DNA of 64,000 nt from Candidatus Fermentithermobacillaceae bacterium (GTDB taxonomy: Bacteria > Bacillota > Sulfobacillia > Fermentithermobacillales > Fermentithermobacillaceae): the NCBI GenBank assembly GCA_018052455.1, contig JAGPNE010000001.1:295261-359260 (forward strand). Direction: 5' to 3'. The stretch's first letter is position 1, and each line of letters starts with the position of its first letter. Of the stretch, positions 1 to 10,503 are shown in pieces. The notes beneath the pieces were generated by a model. That model was given only the letters and a program-made list of their open reading frames with translations. It made no database searches and was not told the origin of the DNA. A program made the position numbers and the translations under genes.

Positions 1-66
1 CAGAAAGGTATGTATCCAGCTTGTCAATCATCGAAAGTACATCCATCACCTTTAGCCTCCCGTGTT

Positions 67-573
67 TTACTGCGTAGATTGATCCGCTACACCTATTTCC
101 TTCAGTTTCCTCAATAATCTAGCTTCGACGCAAGGTGGTACTAAATCCTTTATGCACCCACCATATTGAGCAACCTCTTTGACTAGGCTTGAACTAAGGT
201 AAAGATAATCTATAGACGTCATCATGAACACAGTCTCTATTCCAGGATCCAACTTTTTGTTCATCAACGCCATTTTGAATTCATAGTCAAAATCCGAAAC
301 TGCTCTTAACCCCTTGACCATTACGTCGATACCATTTTGCCTAGCAAAATCGACTAAAAGCCCGCTAGCTCCTACGACTTCAACGTTCCGCATATCTTTG
401 CATTCTTCTCTGATCATCTCTAGCCTTTCATCGACAGAAAACAAGGGCGTTTTTGCTGGATTACTAAATACAGCAACGTATAGTTTGTCAAAACATCTGG
501 CACTTCGTTTGATAATATCAAGATGTCCGTTGGTAATAGGATCAAAACTCCCTGGATAAACTGCGGACTGCAA
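67..573 (-). CDS. coaD: phosphopantetheine adenylyltransferase
   Basis: 168 aa; N-terminal GSFDPITNGH nucleotidyltransferase motif and full-length similarity to CoaD. Confidence 0.9.
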   Translation of the reverse strand: MQSAVYPGSFDPITNGHLDIIKRSARCFDKLYVAVFSNPAKTPLFSVDERLEMIREECKDMRNVEVVGASGLLVDFARQNGIDVMVKGLRAVSDFDYEFKMALMNKKLDPGIETVFMMTSIDYLYLSSSLVKEVAQYGGCIKDLVPPCVEARLLRKLKEIGVADQSTQ

Positions 574-671
574 TAGACCAACCTCCGTTTCGCATGGCTT
601 TCAGTAGACTGAGTCATTGTAACTGCTTATGTTATGATAATAACATCTATTGTATCTTCGATAAACCTAGG

Positions 672-2735
672 TTATCTAGATCTCGCGTGTTGCGCCAGAT
701 CCCCAAACCGACTCTGGATTTCGTTCAGAAGTGCATTGAATTCGTGAGGAACACGGTCACTCTGCCTAAGGGCCTCCATGACATGCCTAGCTTCTAGCCT
801 AGCCTCCTCTATAGTCTCCGTGGTAATTCCTAGATCTTCGACGTTAAGGCTGCTAAGCCCATGCTGCTTTACGCCAAAGAATTGCCCTGGACCTCTCTGC
901 AAAAGATCCAATTCCGCAAGTTCGAACCCATCAAATACAGTCTCAAATACTTTCAGTCTGTCCACAGAACTAGTCTCATCGTGAGAAGGAATGAGGAAAC
1001 AAAATGCGTCTTGCCCGGCCCGTCCTACTCTGCCTCGTAACTGATGCAAGGTAGCGAGACCAAACGATTCCGCTCCCTCTATCACCATGCATGTGGCGTT
1101 AGGCACATCTATCCCCACTTCTACCACGGTAGTTGCGATAAGCACCTGGATCAATCCTTCAGCGAAATCTGACATCTGCTGCGACAAAAAGTCTCGAGAC
1201 ATACCTCCATGGGCCAACCCCACTTTTACACCCTGCAGATAGCCCTTGCTTAACTCATCAAAAACGCGTTCGACAGATTTACGATCCGATTTGCCTTCGC
1301 TAATCTGAGGACATACTACATACGCTTGGTGCCCTTTTTCGATCTCCTGGCGCACCGTGTCGTAGGCAGCTCTGCGCTTGCTGTATTCTAAGAGCTGCGT
1401 CTTGACCCTGTTAGTACCATAGGGCAATTCGTCGATCACAGATATGTCAAGGTCCCCGTAAATCGTAAGAGCCAGAGATCTAGGGATTGGCGTAGCACTC
1501 ATCACTAGGACATGAGGTGCCGTGGTTTCGTGCGACAAGTTCAGACGCTGTTTTACCCCAAATCTATGCTGCTCGTCAGTGACAATTAGTCCAAGATTGG
1601 CCCATCTGACATTTGGCTCCAGCATGGCGTGAGTACCAATTAGGACATCTGTGGATCCTTCCGCAATGCTCCCAAGAACTGCTTGCTTCTCAGAAGCAGA
1701 AATGCTCCCAGAGAGGAAGCCGATCCTAGCAAATCTGCCTGCAAGTTCCTGGATTGTTTTTAGGTGTTGCCTAGCCAAGACCTCTGTAGGGACCAGAAAC
1801 GCACCTTGGTAGCCGTTACTCACAGCGGCTAGCAGCGCCCAAATGGCGACAACTGTTTTCCCGCTACCCACATCCCCCTGGATCAATCGGTTCATAGCCC
1901 GACCAGAGGAGAGATCTTTCTCAATGTCTTCGATTGTCTTTTCTTGTGCCGTAGTCAGGTGAAAGGGCAAAGAATCAACAAACTCCCGAGGAAGAGAGAA
2001 GTCTTTGAAACAAGATCTCGTACCTGTAGTCGCGTTCTCTTTCTTCATCATAAGAAGTGCCATTTGCTGCAAAAAAACCTCTCTGAAGGCAAACGTTCTA
2101 CGGGCTTTGTACCACTTTTCCGCATGGGTAGGACAATGAATCTCGTTGTAGGCCTCCCTCTGGCCCATAAGCTGCTGTCTGGCAACAACGTCATCAGAAA
2201 TCAGTTCCGTGACTAAATCAAGGTAGTCCGAGAGATTTTCCCTAATAATCCTGGATATGGTTGAGGAAGGAAGCTCGGCTTTGCAGTGATATATTGGGAT
2301 GATTGGTCCTTTGGACCCTGTCTGTACGTTTTCTTGTATAAGAGGGTGAGCAATCTCCCAGCCCTCGCGACGCCATTCTACCTTTCCCGACGCGAAAACT
2401 TGCATCCCCCGACGCATTCTTCTGGCGAGATATGGCATGTTGTACCACACCAGATAGCAGATCCCTGTTCCGTCTGACATGCCCACACGCAAAACAGGCC
2501 CTCGCAGGCCCGGTATTGTCGTGGTTGTGATGATCTTCCCTGCTACACTCACTTCGTCGCCAGGCTTAAGATCAGCGATTCTCTTGGTTCGGGAAAAATC
2601 ATCTATTCTGAACGGAAAGTAGTCGAAAAGATCCTTAACCGTCTCAATTCCCAACGAATGAAACTCTTTGGCCCTCTTCGGGCCTACCCCTTTGAGATAT
2701 CTGATATCCTGCGTTAACGATATCCCTTTCTCCAT
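672..2735 (-). CDS. recG: ATP-dependent DNA helicase RecG
   Basis: SF2 helicase motifs (GDVGSGKT, DEQH), wedge domain, typical RecG length. Start taken at the internal ATG that forms a TAATG stop/start overlap with the upstream yloV. Confidence 0.9.
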   Translation of the reverse strand: MEKGISLTQDIRYLKGVGPKRAKEFHSLGIETVKDLFDYFPFRIDDFSRTKRIADLKPGDEVSVAGKIITTTTIPGLRGPVLRVGMSDGTGICYLVWYNMPYLARRMRRGMQVFASGKVEWRREGWEIAHPLIQENVQTGSKGPIIPIYHCKAELPSSTISRIIRENLSDYLDLVTELISDDVVARQQLMGQREAYNEIHCPTHAEKWYKARRTFAFREVFLQQMALLMMKKENATTGTRSCFKDFSLPREFVDSLPFHLTTAQEKTIEDIEKDLSSGRAMNRLIQGDVGSGKTVVAIWALLAAVSNGYQGAFLVPTEVLARQHLKTIQELAGRFARIGFLSGSISASEKQAVLGSIAEGSTDVLIGTHAMLEPNVRWANLGLIVTDEQHRFGVKQRLNLSHETTAPHVLVMSATPIPRSLALTIYGDLDISVIDELPYGTNRVKTQLLEYSKRRAAYDTVRQEIEKGHQAYVVCPQISEGKSDRKSVERVFDELSKGYLQGVKVGLAHGGMSRDFLSQQMSDFAEGLIQVLIATTVVEVGIDVPNATCMVIEGAESFGLATLHQLRGRVGRAGQDAFCFLIPSHDETSSVDRLKVFETVFDGFELAELDLLQRGPGQFFGVKQHGLSSLNVEDLGITTETIEEARLEARHVMEALRQSDRVPHEFNALLNEIQSRFGDLAQHARSR

Positions 2736-4402
2736 TACTCCACCGACACAATGTAGTAGTATAAAGATTGTCCGCCAGAATGCACCTCTACATCGCAAGC
2801 GTCGCCAAAACCATCTGCTAACATCTCATAAACTTCCCTAGACGTGCTTTCATCAACGTCTTGTCCGTAGTATACAGTTATCACGGAATCGTCTTCCCGC
2901 ACCATCTTGGCCATGAGCGCCTCAAGCACTTCCTGGGGATCGTTCCCTACTACCTCTACCTTGCCGTCTGCTAGGCCAATTATGTCACCCTTTTTGAATA
3001 CGTGTTTTCCGAATTTGCCGTTCCGCGCGGCAAATGTAACCTCACCAGTCTTAACACTGCGAATTGCTTTTCCCGCTTTGCGCAGATTATACTCCATATC
3101 TTCATCTAGATTGAGCGACAAAAGAGCAGATATCCCCTGCGGCACAGTTTTGGAGGGCACAATGTACATTCTCCGACCAGTAAGTCTCTTAGCCTGTTTC
3201 GCTGCTAAGAAGATATTTGAATTATTGGGCAAAAATATCACCTTGTTTGTACCCAATGAGTTTACTGCCGCGGCTACGTCGCTTGTTGACGGATTCATTG
3301 TAAGGCCGCCATCCATCACCAGATCGCATCCGAGGTTCTTCATTATAGCCTTGAGCCCGTCGCCGGTTGCCACGGAGATTACGCCTATGTTTTTCGCAGC
3401 GCTCAGTGGCAAACTGCCCAGTCTATCCTGCGCATTTACAGTCTTTGCGGCATCTCTAAGCTTAAGGGCCGCTTTAGATTGTTCAATCATATTGTCGATT
3501 GTAACTTCAGCGATCTGCCCATATTGCCTACACACACCTATTACTCGTTCGGGTGCCTCAGTGTGAATGTGAACTCTCACAACGTCGCCTGAGCCCACAA
3601 CGAGCATAGAATCTCCCAAGGGATCAAGTGCCTGCCTTATATCCTGAATCGAAAGACCATCTCCGAGAATCAAGAGTTGAGTGTCGTAAGGATTCTGAAT
3701 ACTAACAATGTCTTCTTCATGAACAACTGGGGTAGATACGCTCGGGGCAACCTCTTGTAACACATCGTGTTGAATAGACTGCTCCTTCTCATACCATGCA
3801 AGAGCTCCTTCAACAATGTAAACAAGGCCTTGGCCACCCGCGTCTACAACACCCGCCTCTTTCAGTACAGGAAGCAATTCGGGAGTGCCCTGTAAGACCT
3901 CTTTGCCTCTAAAAACACATTCCCTGAGAAGCTGTTCGATAGTCACATCGCCAACCATTGTCTGGGTCAACGCCGCGTCTCTCATTCCCCGCAATACGGT
4001 GAGAATCGTTCCCTCCACAGGCTTCATGACAGCTTTGTACGCAGTTACAACGGCTTCTTCGATGGCGAGCGCGATATCTTCGGGCCCTGCACAATCTTTG
4101 TCTGCAAATCCTTTGGCAATGCCTCTTAGAATCTGCGATAGAATAACCCCCGAATTTCCGCGCGCTCCCATGAGCGCTCCTCTGCTCGCAATTTCTGAAG
4201 CCTCACACAGTGCAATCGCAGATTTCCCGTTGAGGCTTTCAACAGCAGAACACAAGGTGAGGTACATATTTGTTCCTGTATCTCCGTCTGGTACCGGAAA
4301 AACGTTTAAGGCATCCACTTCTTCTTTTCTATGGTACAAATAGTCTTTCGCGTGGGCAAGTATGTGTATAAACAAATCGCCATTCATATATAGCTCGGTC
4401 AT
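2735..4402 (-). CDS. yloV: DAK2 domain fusion protein (YloV family)
   Basis: 555 aa; DAK2 domain N-terminus (DGDTGTNM) plus DegV-like C-terminus; position between yloU and recG matches B. subtilis. Confidence 0.85.
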   Translation of the reverse strand: MTELYMNGDLFIHILAHAKDYLYHRKEEVDALNVFPVPDGDTGTNMYLTLCSAVESLNGKSAIALCEASEIASRGALMGARGNSGVILSQILRGIAKGFADKDCAGPEDIALAIEEAVVTAYKAVMKPVEGTILTVLRGMRDAALTQTMVGDVTIEQLLRECVFRGKEVLQGTPELLPVLKEAGVVDAGGQGLVYIVEGALAWYEKEQSIQHDVLQEVAPSVSTPVVHEEDIVSIQNPYDTQLLILGDGLSIQDIRQALDPLGDSMLVVGSGDVVRVHIHTEAPERVIGVCRQYGQIAEVTIDNMIEQSKAALKLRDAAKTVNAQDRLGSLPLSAAKNIGVISVATGDGLKAIMKNLGCDLVMDGGLTMNPSTSDVAAAVNSLGTNKVIFLPNNSNIFLAAKQAKRLTGRRMYIVPSKTVPQGISALLSLNLDEDMEYNLRKAGKAIRSVKTGEVTFAARNGKFGKHVFKKGDIIGLADGKVEVVGNDPQEVLEALMAKMVREDDSVITVYYGQDVDESTSREVYEMLADGFGDACDVEVHSGGQSLYYYIVSVE

Positions 4403-4405
4403 TTT

Positions 4406-4774
4406 CTAATTCTCCGCATCCTGAAACCTTAGGCTCTCTACGTTGACTGTTACTCGCTTGACCTCTAGGCCTGTGTAATTTTCTAGAGTGTAACGAACCT
4501 TCTCTGCAACCATCCTAGCGACTTCGGGGATCTTGACCCCGTAACCAAGTATGACCGAAACAGCGACATATAGATCATCGCCGTCAATAGATACAGTCAC
4601 ACCCTTTGATAGGTTCTCTTTACCCAGAAGTTCAGATAGCCCGTCAGTCATCTTGCGACCTGCCATTCCCACTACCCCATAGCACTCAGTTGCAGCCGCC
4701 CCGGCGATGGTCGCAATAGCTTCTTCCGACAGAGCCATCTTACCAATATCTGTCCTAATCTCTTTTCCTACCAC
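4406..4774 (-). CDS. Asp23/Gls24 family alkaline shock protein (YloU)
   Basis: 122 aa, Asp23-family sequence, conserved position next to yloV. Confidence 0.85.
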   Translation of the reverse strand: MVGKEIRTDIGKMALSEEAIATIAGAAATECYGVVGMAGRKMTDGLSELLGKENLSKGVTVSIDGDDLYVAVSVILGYGVKIPEVARMVAEKVRYTLENYTGLEVKRVTVNVESLRFQDAEN

Positions 4775-4976
4775 AGGTTACACTCCAATTCTGTCTTTCA
4801 CGGCACAAAGTGTACAATACAATAGTACGTACATAAGAAAATTTGTAAAGACTGAATGCTTCCTAGATAGCACATTTAACCGCCGGAGAAACTATTCAAC
4901 AAAGAATATCGCTTCTCCTGCCTCAAGTTGTGTGCTAAAATAAGCAGGCTACTAGGTTTGAGGAGGTTAGAATCAT

Positions 4977-5168
4977 ATGCCCAAGTGTGAGATCTGTGGT
5001 AAAACGAGAGCGGTTGGCCACCGCGTCAGCCATTCCAACATAAAGACGAAGAGAGACTGGTCCCCCAATGTTCAGCGCGTCCGTGTAGTAGTTGGAAATA
5101 CGCAAAAGAGGATGTGGGTGTGCACCAGGTGTCTCCGCAGCGGAAAGGTACAACGTGCTACTAGATAG
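4977..5168 (+). CDS. rpmB: 50S ribosomal protein L28 (zinc-ribbon form)
   Basis: 63 aa MPKCEICGK...CTRC; four Cys; GAGGAGG SD 8 nt upstream. Confidence 0.9.
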   Translation: MPKCEICGKTRAVGHRVSHSNIKTKRDWSPNVQRVRVVVGNTQKRMWVCTRCLRSGKVQRATR

Positions 5169-5187
5169 GCTTTTGGTCTCAAGTTAG

Positions 5188-5228
5188 AATAACACCTCTC
5201 GTGTCTTTGATTTGCGGGAGGTGTTATT
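5188..5228. terminator. hairpin between convergent rpmB and rpe (11-bp stem aataacacctc/gaggtgttatt)
   Basis: inverted repeat read directly in sequence; loop about 19 nt. Confidence 0.4.
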
Positions 5229-5261
5229 AATTCTATCGTGTCCTGTAAGTCAACCCTGTTA

Positions 5262-5954
5262 TCAGCATTCACCTGGGCCGAGTCTTTTCAGACTTCTTAT
5301 GGCACCGGGTATATCATCGCTCGAAAAAATGTAACTGCCTGATACCAGGATATCAGCCCCCTCTTCAATCACCCGGCTCGAATTGTCCGCAGTTATGCCG
5401 CCATCAACTTCGATTTCAATACGCAGACCACTCTCATCAATTAGGTGCCGGATTTTTTGGATTTTTGGGAGCATTGCGGGAATGAACGACTGACCTCCCA
5501 ATCCCGGATTTACGGTCATAACAAGTACCATATCCACTTCATCAAGAATATATGGCAAGAAATCGGGAGAAGTTGAAGGGTTAAGCGCTACCCCGCTTCT
5601 GCAACCCCTATCCCGTATTTCCCTTAGCAACCTATGCAAATGAGGAGTCGCTTCAGCATGAATTGTTACGTATTCTGCATACTCGCAGAACCAACTGAGT
5701 GCAGAATCTGGGTTGGACACCATAAGGTGAACATCGAGAGGCAATCCTATTTTGTACAAGTTTCTCGCAATGTCTGGCCCGAAAGTCAGATTAGGTACAA
5801 AATGTCCGTCCATTATGTCAAGGTGCAAGAGATCGGCTCCTGCGTCTTTGACTCTAGCTACATCCCGTCCCATCTCCAGCGCGTCTGCGGATAGAAGTGA
5901 CGGAGCTACTTTGACGCTCTTTATCTTGCTCTCAAGACCCGAATGACCCATCAT
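5262..5954 (-). CDS. rpe: ribulose-phosphate 3-epimerase
   Basis: VAPSLLSAD...DIMDGHFVPN motifs; about 13 aa N-terminal extension versus typical Rpe (start uncertain). Confidence 0.88.
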   Translation of the reverse strand: MMGHSGLESKIKSVKVAPSLLSADALEMGRDVARVKDAGADLLHLDIMDGHFVPNLTFGPDIARNLYKIGLPLDVHLMVSNPDSALSWFCEYAEYVTIHAEATPHLHRLLREIRDRGCRSGVALNPSTSPDFLPYILDEVDMVLVMTVNPGLGGQSFIPAMLPKIQKIRHLIDESGLRIEIEVDGGITADNSSRVIEEGADILVSGSYIFSSDDIPGAIRSLKRLGPGEC

Positions 5955-6814
5955 GAGTATCTCCTTTTCTCAGTTGCTTCTTCTAGCAACTTGAGGTAAC
6001 TTTCGTAGCGCCTAGGAGAAATCGCGCCCTCTGAAAGTGCGTCTCTTACGCGGCACCTTTCCTCTGTTTTGTGAAGGCACCTTGGAAAATGACACAAATC
6101 TGCGTATTTTTTGATCTCAGGGAACAAAAGGCCAAGTTCATGGGGTTCAACCGGCACAAGATCCATCCGCGAAAACCCCGGCGTGTCTGCAACGTAGCCG
6201 TGATCGCCTATAGGAAAGAGTCTTACCCATTTTGTGGTATGCCTGCCGCGACCGACTTGCGATAGGTTGCCTACTAGCAGATCTGCTCCTAGAAGCGAAG
6301 AGATGATTTTCGATTTACCTACGCCGCTTTCGCCGGCAAAAACCGATACTTTTCCGTCAAGAATCCCGCCTAGTTCGCTCAAACCATAACCTGTGAGAGC
6401 TGAGGTGACAACACATTCGTATCCAGCCATGGAATATACATCCACGATCTCAGCTATCTGCTCAGGATCCTCTATATCCTGCTTGTTGACACAGATCACC
6501 CCGCGGACGCCCTCGTACTCCATTTGAACCAGGACCCTATCAATATACAAATATCTAGCCGGAGGCTTAGTAACAGCTGTCACCAAAACACCTTGTTCAA
6601 CATTGGCTACGGGCGGCCTCACTAAGAGATTAGTGCGTCTATGTATTTCTTCGATCACATAGAGGCCCTCGACATAGGATACTGTCACTATGTCCCCGGC
6701 ATAGACTTGAGATTCGGAGATCTTCAAACGGCCTCTCATTACACATGAAACCAGTCTATCCCCCAAATCTACATCACATGCGGCCGAATGTACGCTTAGC
6801 ACTCTACCAATCAA
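5951..6814 (-). CDS. rsgA: ribosome small-subunit-dependent GTPase A
   Basis: circularly permuted GTPase motifs, C-terminal Cys cluster; 4-nt overlap with rpe. Confidence 0.9.
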   Translation of the reverse strand: MIGRVLSVHSAACDVDLGDRLVSCVMRGRLKISESQVYAGDIVTVSYVEGLYVIEEIHRRTNLLVRPPVANVEQGVLVTAVTKPPARYLYIDRVLVQMEYEGVRGVICVNKQDIEDPEQIAEIVDVYSMAGYECVVTSALTGYGLSELGGILDGKVSVFAGESGVGKSKIISSLLGADLLVGNLSQVGRGRHTTKWVRLFPIGDHGYVADTPGFSRMDLVPVEPHELGLLFPEIKKYADLCHFPRCLHKTEERCRVRDALSEGAISPRRYESYLKLLEEATEKRRYS

Positions 6815-6834
6815 AGGTTGATTAGCACCTCTTT

Positions 6835-8679
6835 CTAAGGTTTGATTACCTCCTCATACGAAAACTTATCGTCGAAATATACCTTGACTAGAGCCGCGCT
6901 ACCCTTGTATTCAAATGTAACACTTATGACTTCATCAGGAGCCTCATCCTTCTCATAGCAGACGGACTCTCCCCGCATATCCAATACCACTACCTTTACG
7001 CGCACTGGACCATCCTTTTTTGGAACTCTGATTTGTGTTGTATGTGACCGCATTGGTTCCTCAGGCCCGATCGAAATCGTGACATTGACCTTGCTGTGAG
7101 CTAAAACTTCTGTGCCTTCGATTGGATCTTGAGCCATAACAGTGCCATAGGCTAGGTTGGTGTGAACCTCGGCCACTTCACCTAGCTCCAAGGAATGGTC
7201 GGCAAGAGTACTTTCTGCCTTGTCTAATAACAATCCTATTAGACGCGGAACAACTGTTTTTTCTTCTTCAGGACCCTTCGATACTGAAAGATCAACCCGT
7301 GTGCCTATAGATACTGAAGTATTCGCCCGCGGGTTCTGTGAAATCACATGGTCCTCAGGCACCGTATCGCTGAAAACACGATCTACATTCCCAAGCTGCA
7401 GGTTCCTGTTTTCAAGCTCCAGCTGCGCCTCTCTGAGGGTCAATTCACGCACATCAGGAACACTTACCAATGATTCTCCTTTGGACAGTACATAATAGAC
7501 TTCTCGGCCCTTTTTCACCTTTTCTCCACCTAGCGGGCTTTGAGATATCACAGTATTTGCCGGCACATCCGGGTCATATTTCTCTGCGGAAAGCCTTGGG
7601 ACCAGTCCGCGTTCAACCAACATCTCCTGGGCTTGAACTTGGTTCTTTCCAACGATGTCTGGTACTTCGACAACAGGTACAGACATCCAATTGTTGAAAG
7701 CGTAGATAAAATAACCCCCCACGCCCAACCCAACCAGAACCACTATTCCAAGCAGCTTCAGAGCTTTGCTCGACGACTTTTTCTTTTGCCGCGACACTCT
7801 TTCATCACCCTTTGGTATCGGTTCCGCGTGTGGACTTACATTAACATACGAACTCAATCGCCGCATTGCTGCTAGCATCTCTTGAGCAGACTGGAATCTG
7901 TCCTCCGGATCTTTCGCAAGCGCCTTTGTAATCAACATCTCCAGTTCTATGGGGATTTCTGGCCGTTTCTCGCGAACTGAAGGGATCCTACCTTCAACGT
8001 GCTGAAGCGCCACAGCTACAGCCGTGTCACCAGTATACGGCACTTGACCTGTAAGCATCTCGTAAAGAACAATTCCTAGGGAATAAAGATCCGAGGCAGC
8101 CGAAACAACCCCGTTTCTTACTTGCTCAGGCGAAAGATACGAAGCCGAGCCAACTACCATGCTCTTTCCTGTATTGGACGCCGCTCCTAAAGCTCTTGCA
8201 ATACCAAAATCAGCCACTTTTACCTGTCCGGTTCTGGTTATTAGGATGTTCTGCGGTTTCACGTCCCTGTGGATAATACCGCTAGCATGGGCGTGAGCAA
8301 GACCTGAACATATTTGAGCTGCTATGCTTAGGGCTTCATCAACTGGTAGACTACCTGTTTCGTTGAGTATGTCGCGTAGAGTTCTGCCCTCAACTAACTC
8401 CATAACAATAAAATGCAGACCTCGGTCCTGCCCTACGTCGTATATGCTCACAATATTGGCGTGCGATAGCGATGCGGCAGCCTTTGCTTCCTGCCTGAAT
8501 CTTTGTACAAAATCCTCATCCTCGCTCATCTCTGGTCGCAGAATCTTGAGAGCTACGTATCTATCTAGGACTTTGTCCTTAGCTTTCCAAACAACCCCCA
8601 TGCCGCCGCTGCCTATTCTCTCCACGATCTCATAGCGACCGGCGATCATCTTGCCAAGCATATCATCGGTTGAACTCAT
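6835..8679 (-). CDS. prkC: PASTA-domain Ser/Thr protein kinase
   Basis: Hanks kinase motifs (GSGGMG, VALK, HRDVKPQN, DFG), single TM helix, PASTA repeats. Confidence 0.9.
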   Translation of the reverse strand: MSSTDDMLGKMIAGRYEIVERIGSGGMGVVWKAKDKVLDRYVALKILRPEMSEDEDFVQRFRQEAKAAASLSHANIVSIYDVGQDRGLHFIVMELVEGRTLRDILNETGSLPVDEALSIAAQICSGLAHAHASGIIHRDVKPQNILITRTGQVKVADFGIARALGAASNTGKSMVVGSASYLSPEQVRNGVVSAASDLYSLGIVLYEMLTGQVPYTGDTAVAVALQHVEGRIPSVREKRPEIPIELEMLITKALAKDPEDRFQSAQEMLAAMRRLSSYVNVSPHAEPIPKGDERVSRQKKKSSSKALKLLGIVVLVGLGVGGYFIYAFNNWMSVPVVEVPDIVGKNQVQAQEMLVERGLVPRLSAEKYDPDVPANTVISQSPLGGEKVKKGREVYYVLSKGESLVSVPDVRELTLREAQLELENRNLQLGNVDRVFSDTVPEDHVISQNPRANTSVSIGTRVDLSVSKGPEEEKTVVPRLIGLLLDKAESTLADHSLELGEVAEVHTNLAYGTVMAQDPIEGTEVLAHSKVNVTISIGPEEPMRSHTTQIRVPKKDGPVRVKVVVLDMRGESVCYEKDEAPDEVISVTFEYKGSAALVKVYFDDKFSYEEVIKP

Positions 8680-9452
8680 TCTGCTTCACCTCTGGTGGAC
8701 ACTGATTGATCTGGGATGTCTGGCCAAAGCAGAATCACTGTCACATTATCATAACCGCCACGGTTGTTCGCAAGACCCACAAGCTCGCTTGCAACGTTCA
8801 TATAGTCATAATCTAGGACTGTCTGGCGGATTTCTTCTGCAGAAACAAGACTTGTAAGCCCATCTGTGCACAAGACTATTACATCATCGGGTAGCAGTAT
8901 CTCTTCGTAAAGAGACAGCTCAAGTGATATCTGAGTTCCCAAAGCTGCGGTAAGCATGTTTCTATTTGGATGGTTCATGGCGTCTTCCTCTGTTATGGCG
9001 CCTTTCCTCAGAAGCTCGCCGGACACCGAGTGATCATCGGTGATGCGTCTTATCTGCCCGAAGGAGACAATATACGCCCGACTGTCCCCAACATGACTTA
9101 TGAAGGCTTTTGTTTCATCTTGGTATACCAAAACGCAGGTAAGAGTTGTACCCATACCTGTTATACTGCTGTCGGCGGTGCCTGCCTCAAAGACCCTTGT
9201 ATTGGCATATATCATGGCTTCCGTCAGCAAATCCACAGGGTCTTCATCCCAAGAAGACTGCGAGAAGAAATCTTTTACAGACTCAACAGCCAAACTGGAG
9301 GCTATCTGTCCGCCTTCTCTGCCTCCAATACCATCTGCGACCATAGCCAGCCATGCTTCTTTCCCGTCTTTGCGAGCAAAACGGTCAACTGACCACGAAT
9401 CTTGATTCTCAGACCTTACGAGTCCCTGGGATGAGCTAGCAGTCCACCTCAA
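8676..9452 (-). CDS. prpC: PP2C-family Ser/Thr protein phosphatase
   Basis: MVADGIGG metal-binding motif; 4-nt overlap with prkC. Confidence 0.9.
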   Translation of the reverse strand: MRWTASSSQGLVRSENQDSWSVDRFARKDGKEAWLAMVADGIGGREGGQIASSLAVESVKDFFSQSSWDEDPVDLLTEAMIYANTRVFEAGTADSSITGMGTTLTCVLVYQDETKAFISHVGDSRAYIVSFGQIRRITDDHSVSGELLRKGAITEEDAMNHPNRNMLTAALGTQISLELSLYEEILLPDDVIVLCTDGLTSLVSAEEIRQTVLDYDYMNVASELVGLANNRGGYDNVTVILLWPDIPDQSVSTRGEAE

Positions 9453-9474
9453 GGTCTTTGATCCCTCCTGCTAC

Positions 9475-10503
9475 CTAACTTTTTGCTCTCCGAAGCTGCC
9501 CGCAGGCACCTTTTACTTCAACACCTAGTCTGCGACGTACTGTAACCTTTACATGGTTTCTTTCAAGAATTCTCCTAAAATTGTCTGTCTGACCTTTTTC
9601 GGTCACCTGGTAGTCTACTCCCGGCACAGGGTTCCATCGGATAAGGTTCACGAGACAATCCAAGTCGCTTAAAAGATGCGCCAGCGCTAACGCATCCTCA
9701 CCAGAATCGTTTACGCCCCTAAGTAGCATATACTCAAAAGTTACTCTTTGCCCCGTAACTTTTGCAAAATACCTCACGGCACTCATTACCTCGTTGAGCG
9801 GATATACCTCATTTACAGGAATTAGCCTGTCTCTCGTAGGATTTGACGATGCATGAAGCGAAACTGCCAACCGAACACCATTTGAATCGTGGGCAAACCT
9901 ACGTATTGCAGCCGGAATACCTACAGTAGATATTGTAATCCTCCGAGACGACATATCGTATGTACGCGGTTCAGACAGTAGCGCTATCGCGTCCATGACG
10001 TTATCGTAATTGAAGAAAGGCTCCCCTGTTCCCATGAAAACTACCCTGCCTATGCGCTCGTGGGTGTTGCGGCACATTCCGAGGAGTTGATCGATAATTT
10101 CGCCTCTAGTCAAATTCCTGTCGAAACCTAGTTTCCCCGAAGCACAGAAACTGCACCCAACTGGGCAACCTACCTGCGTTGAAAGACACCCTGTAGTCCC
10201 GTACTTGTAAGTAAGCAACACTGACTCGCAAACCGGTGATCCATCAATGCCCCACAAGTAGCGTCTGGATTCTTCGGACCGCTCTGAGTAACATGCCAGC
10301 ATAGACAGTGCATGTAGATCCGTGTTACAAGCCATATAGGTCCTTAGGTCTTTTGGAAGATCTGTCATCTCGTCATAAGACGATGCGTATTTTTTGAAGA
10401 TCCAACCAATCAACTGTTCTGCCCTATATGATTGAAAACCCTGATCGGTTATCATTTTTTCTATCTGAACCAGAGATAGGTCCAAAACATGAGGCTTTTC
10501 CAC
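9475..10503 (-). CDS. rlmN: 23S rRNA (adenine2503-C2)-methyltransferase RlmN (radical SAM)
   Basis: CPVGCSFCASG radical-SAM motif, full-length RlmN/Cfr family similarity. Confidence 0.9.
   Translation of the reverse strand: MEKPHVLDLSLVQIEKMITDQGFQSYRAEQLIGWIFKKYASSYDEMTDLPKDLRTYMACNTDLHALSMLACYSERSEESRRYLWGIDGSPVCESVLLTYKYGTTGCLSTQVGCPVGCSFCASGKLGFDRNLTRGEIIDQLLGMCRNTHERIGRVVFMGTGEPFFNYDNVMDAIALLSEPRTYDMSSRRITISTVGIPAAIRRFAHDSNGVRLAVSLHASSNPTRDRLIPVNEVYPLNEVMSAVRYFAKVTGQRVTFEYMLLRGVNDSGEDALALAHLLSDLDCLVNLIRWNPVPGVDYQVTEKGQTDNFRRILERNHVKVTVRRRLGVEVKGACGQLRRAKS

Noticed and set aside
2907-3566. 219-aa ORF on the plus strand
   Set aside because: Lies entirely antisense within the well-supported yloV gene and is low-complexity Ser/Ala/Pro-rich. 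Shadow ORF.
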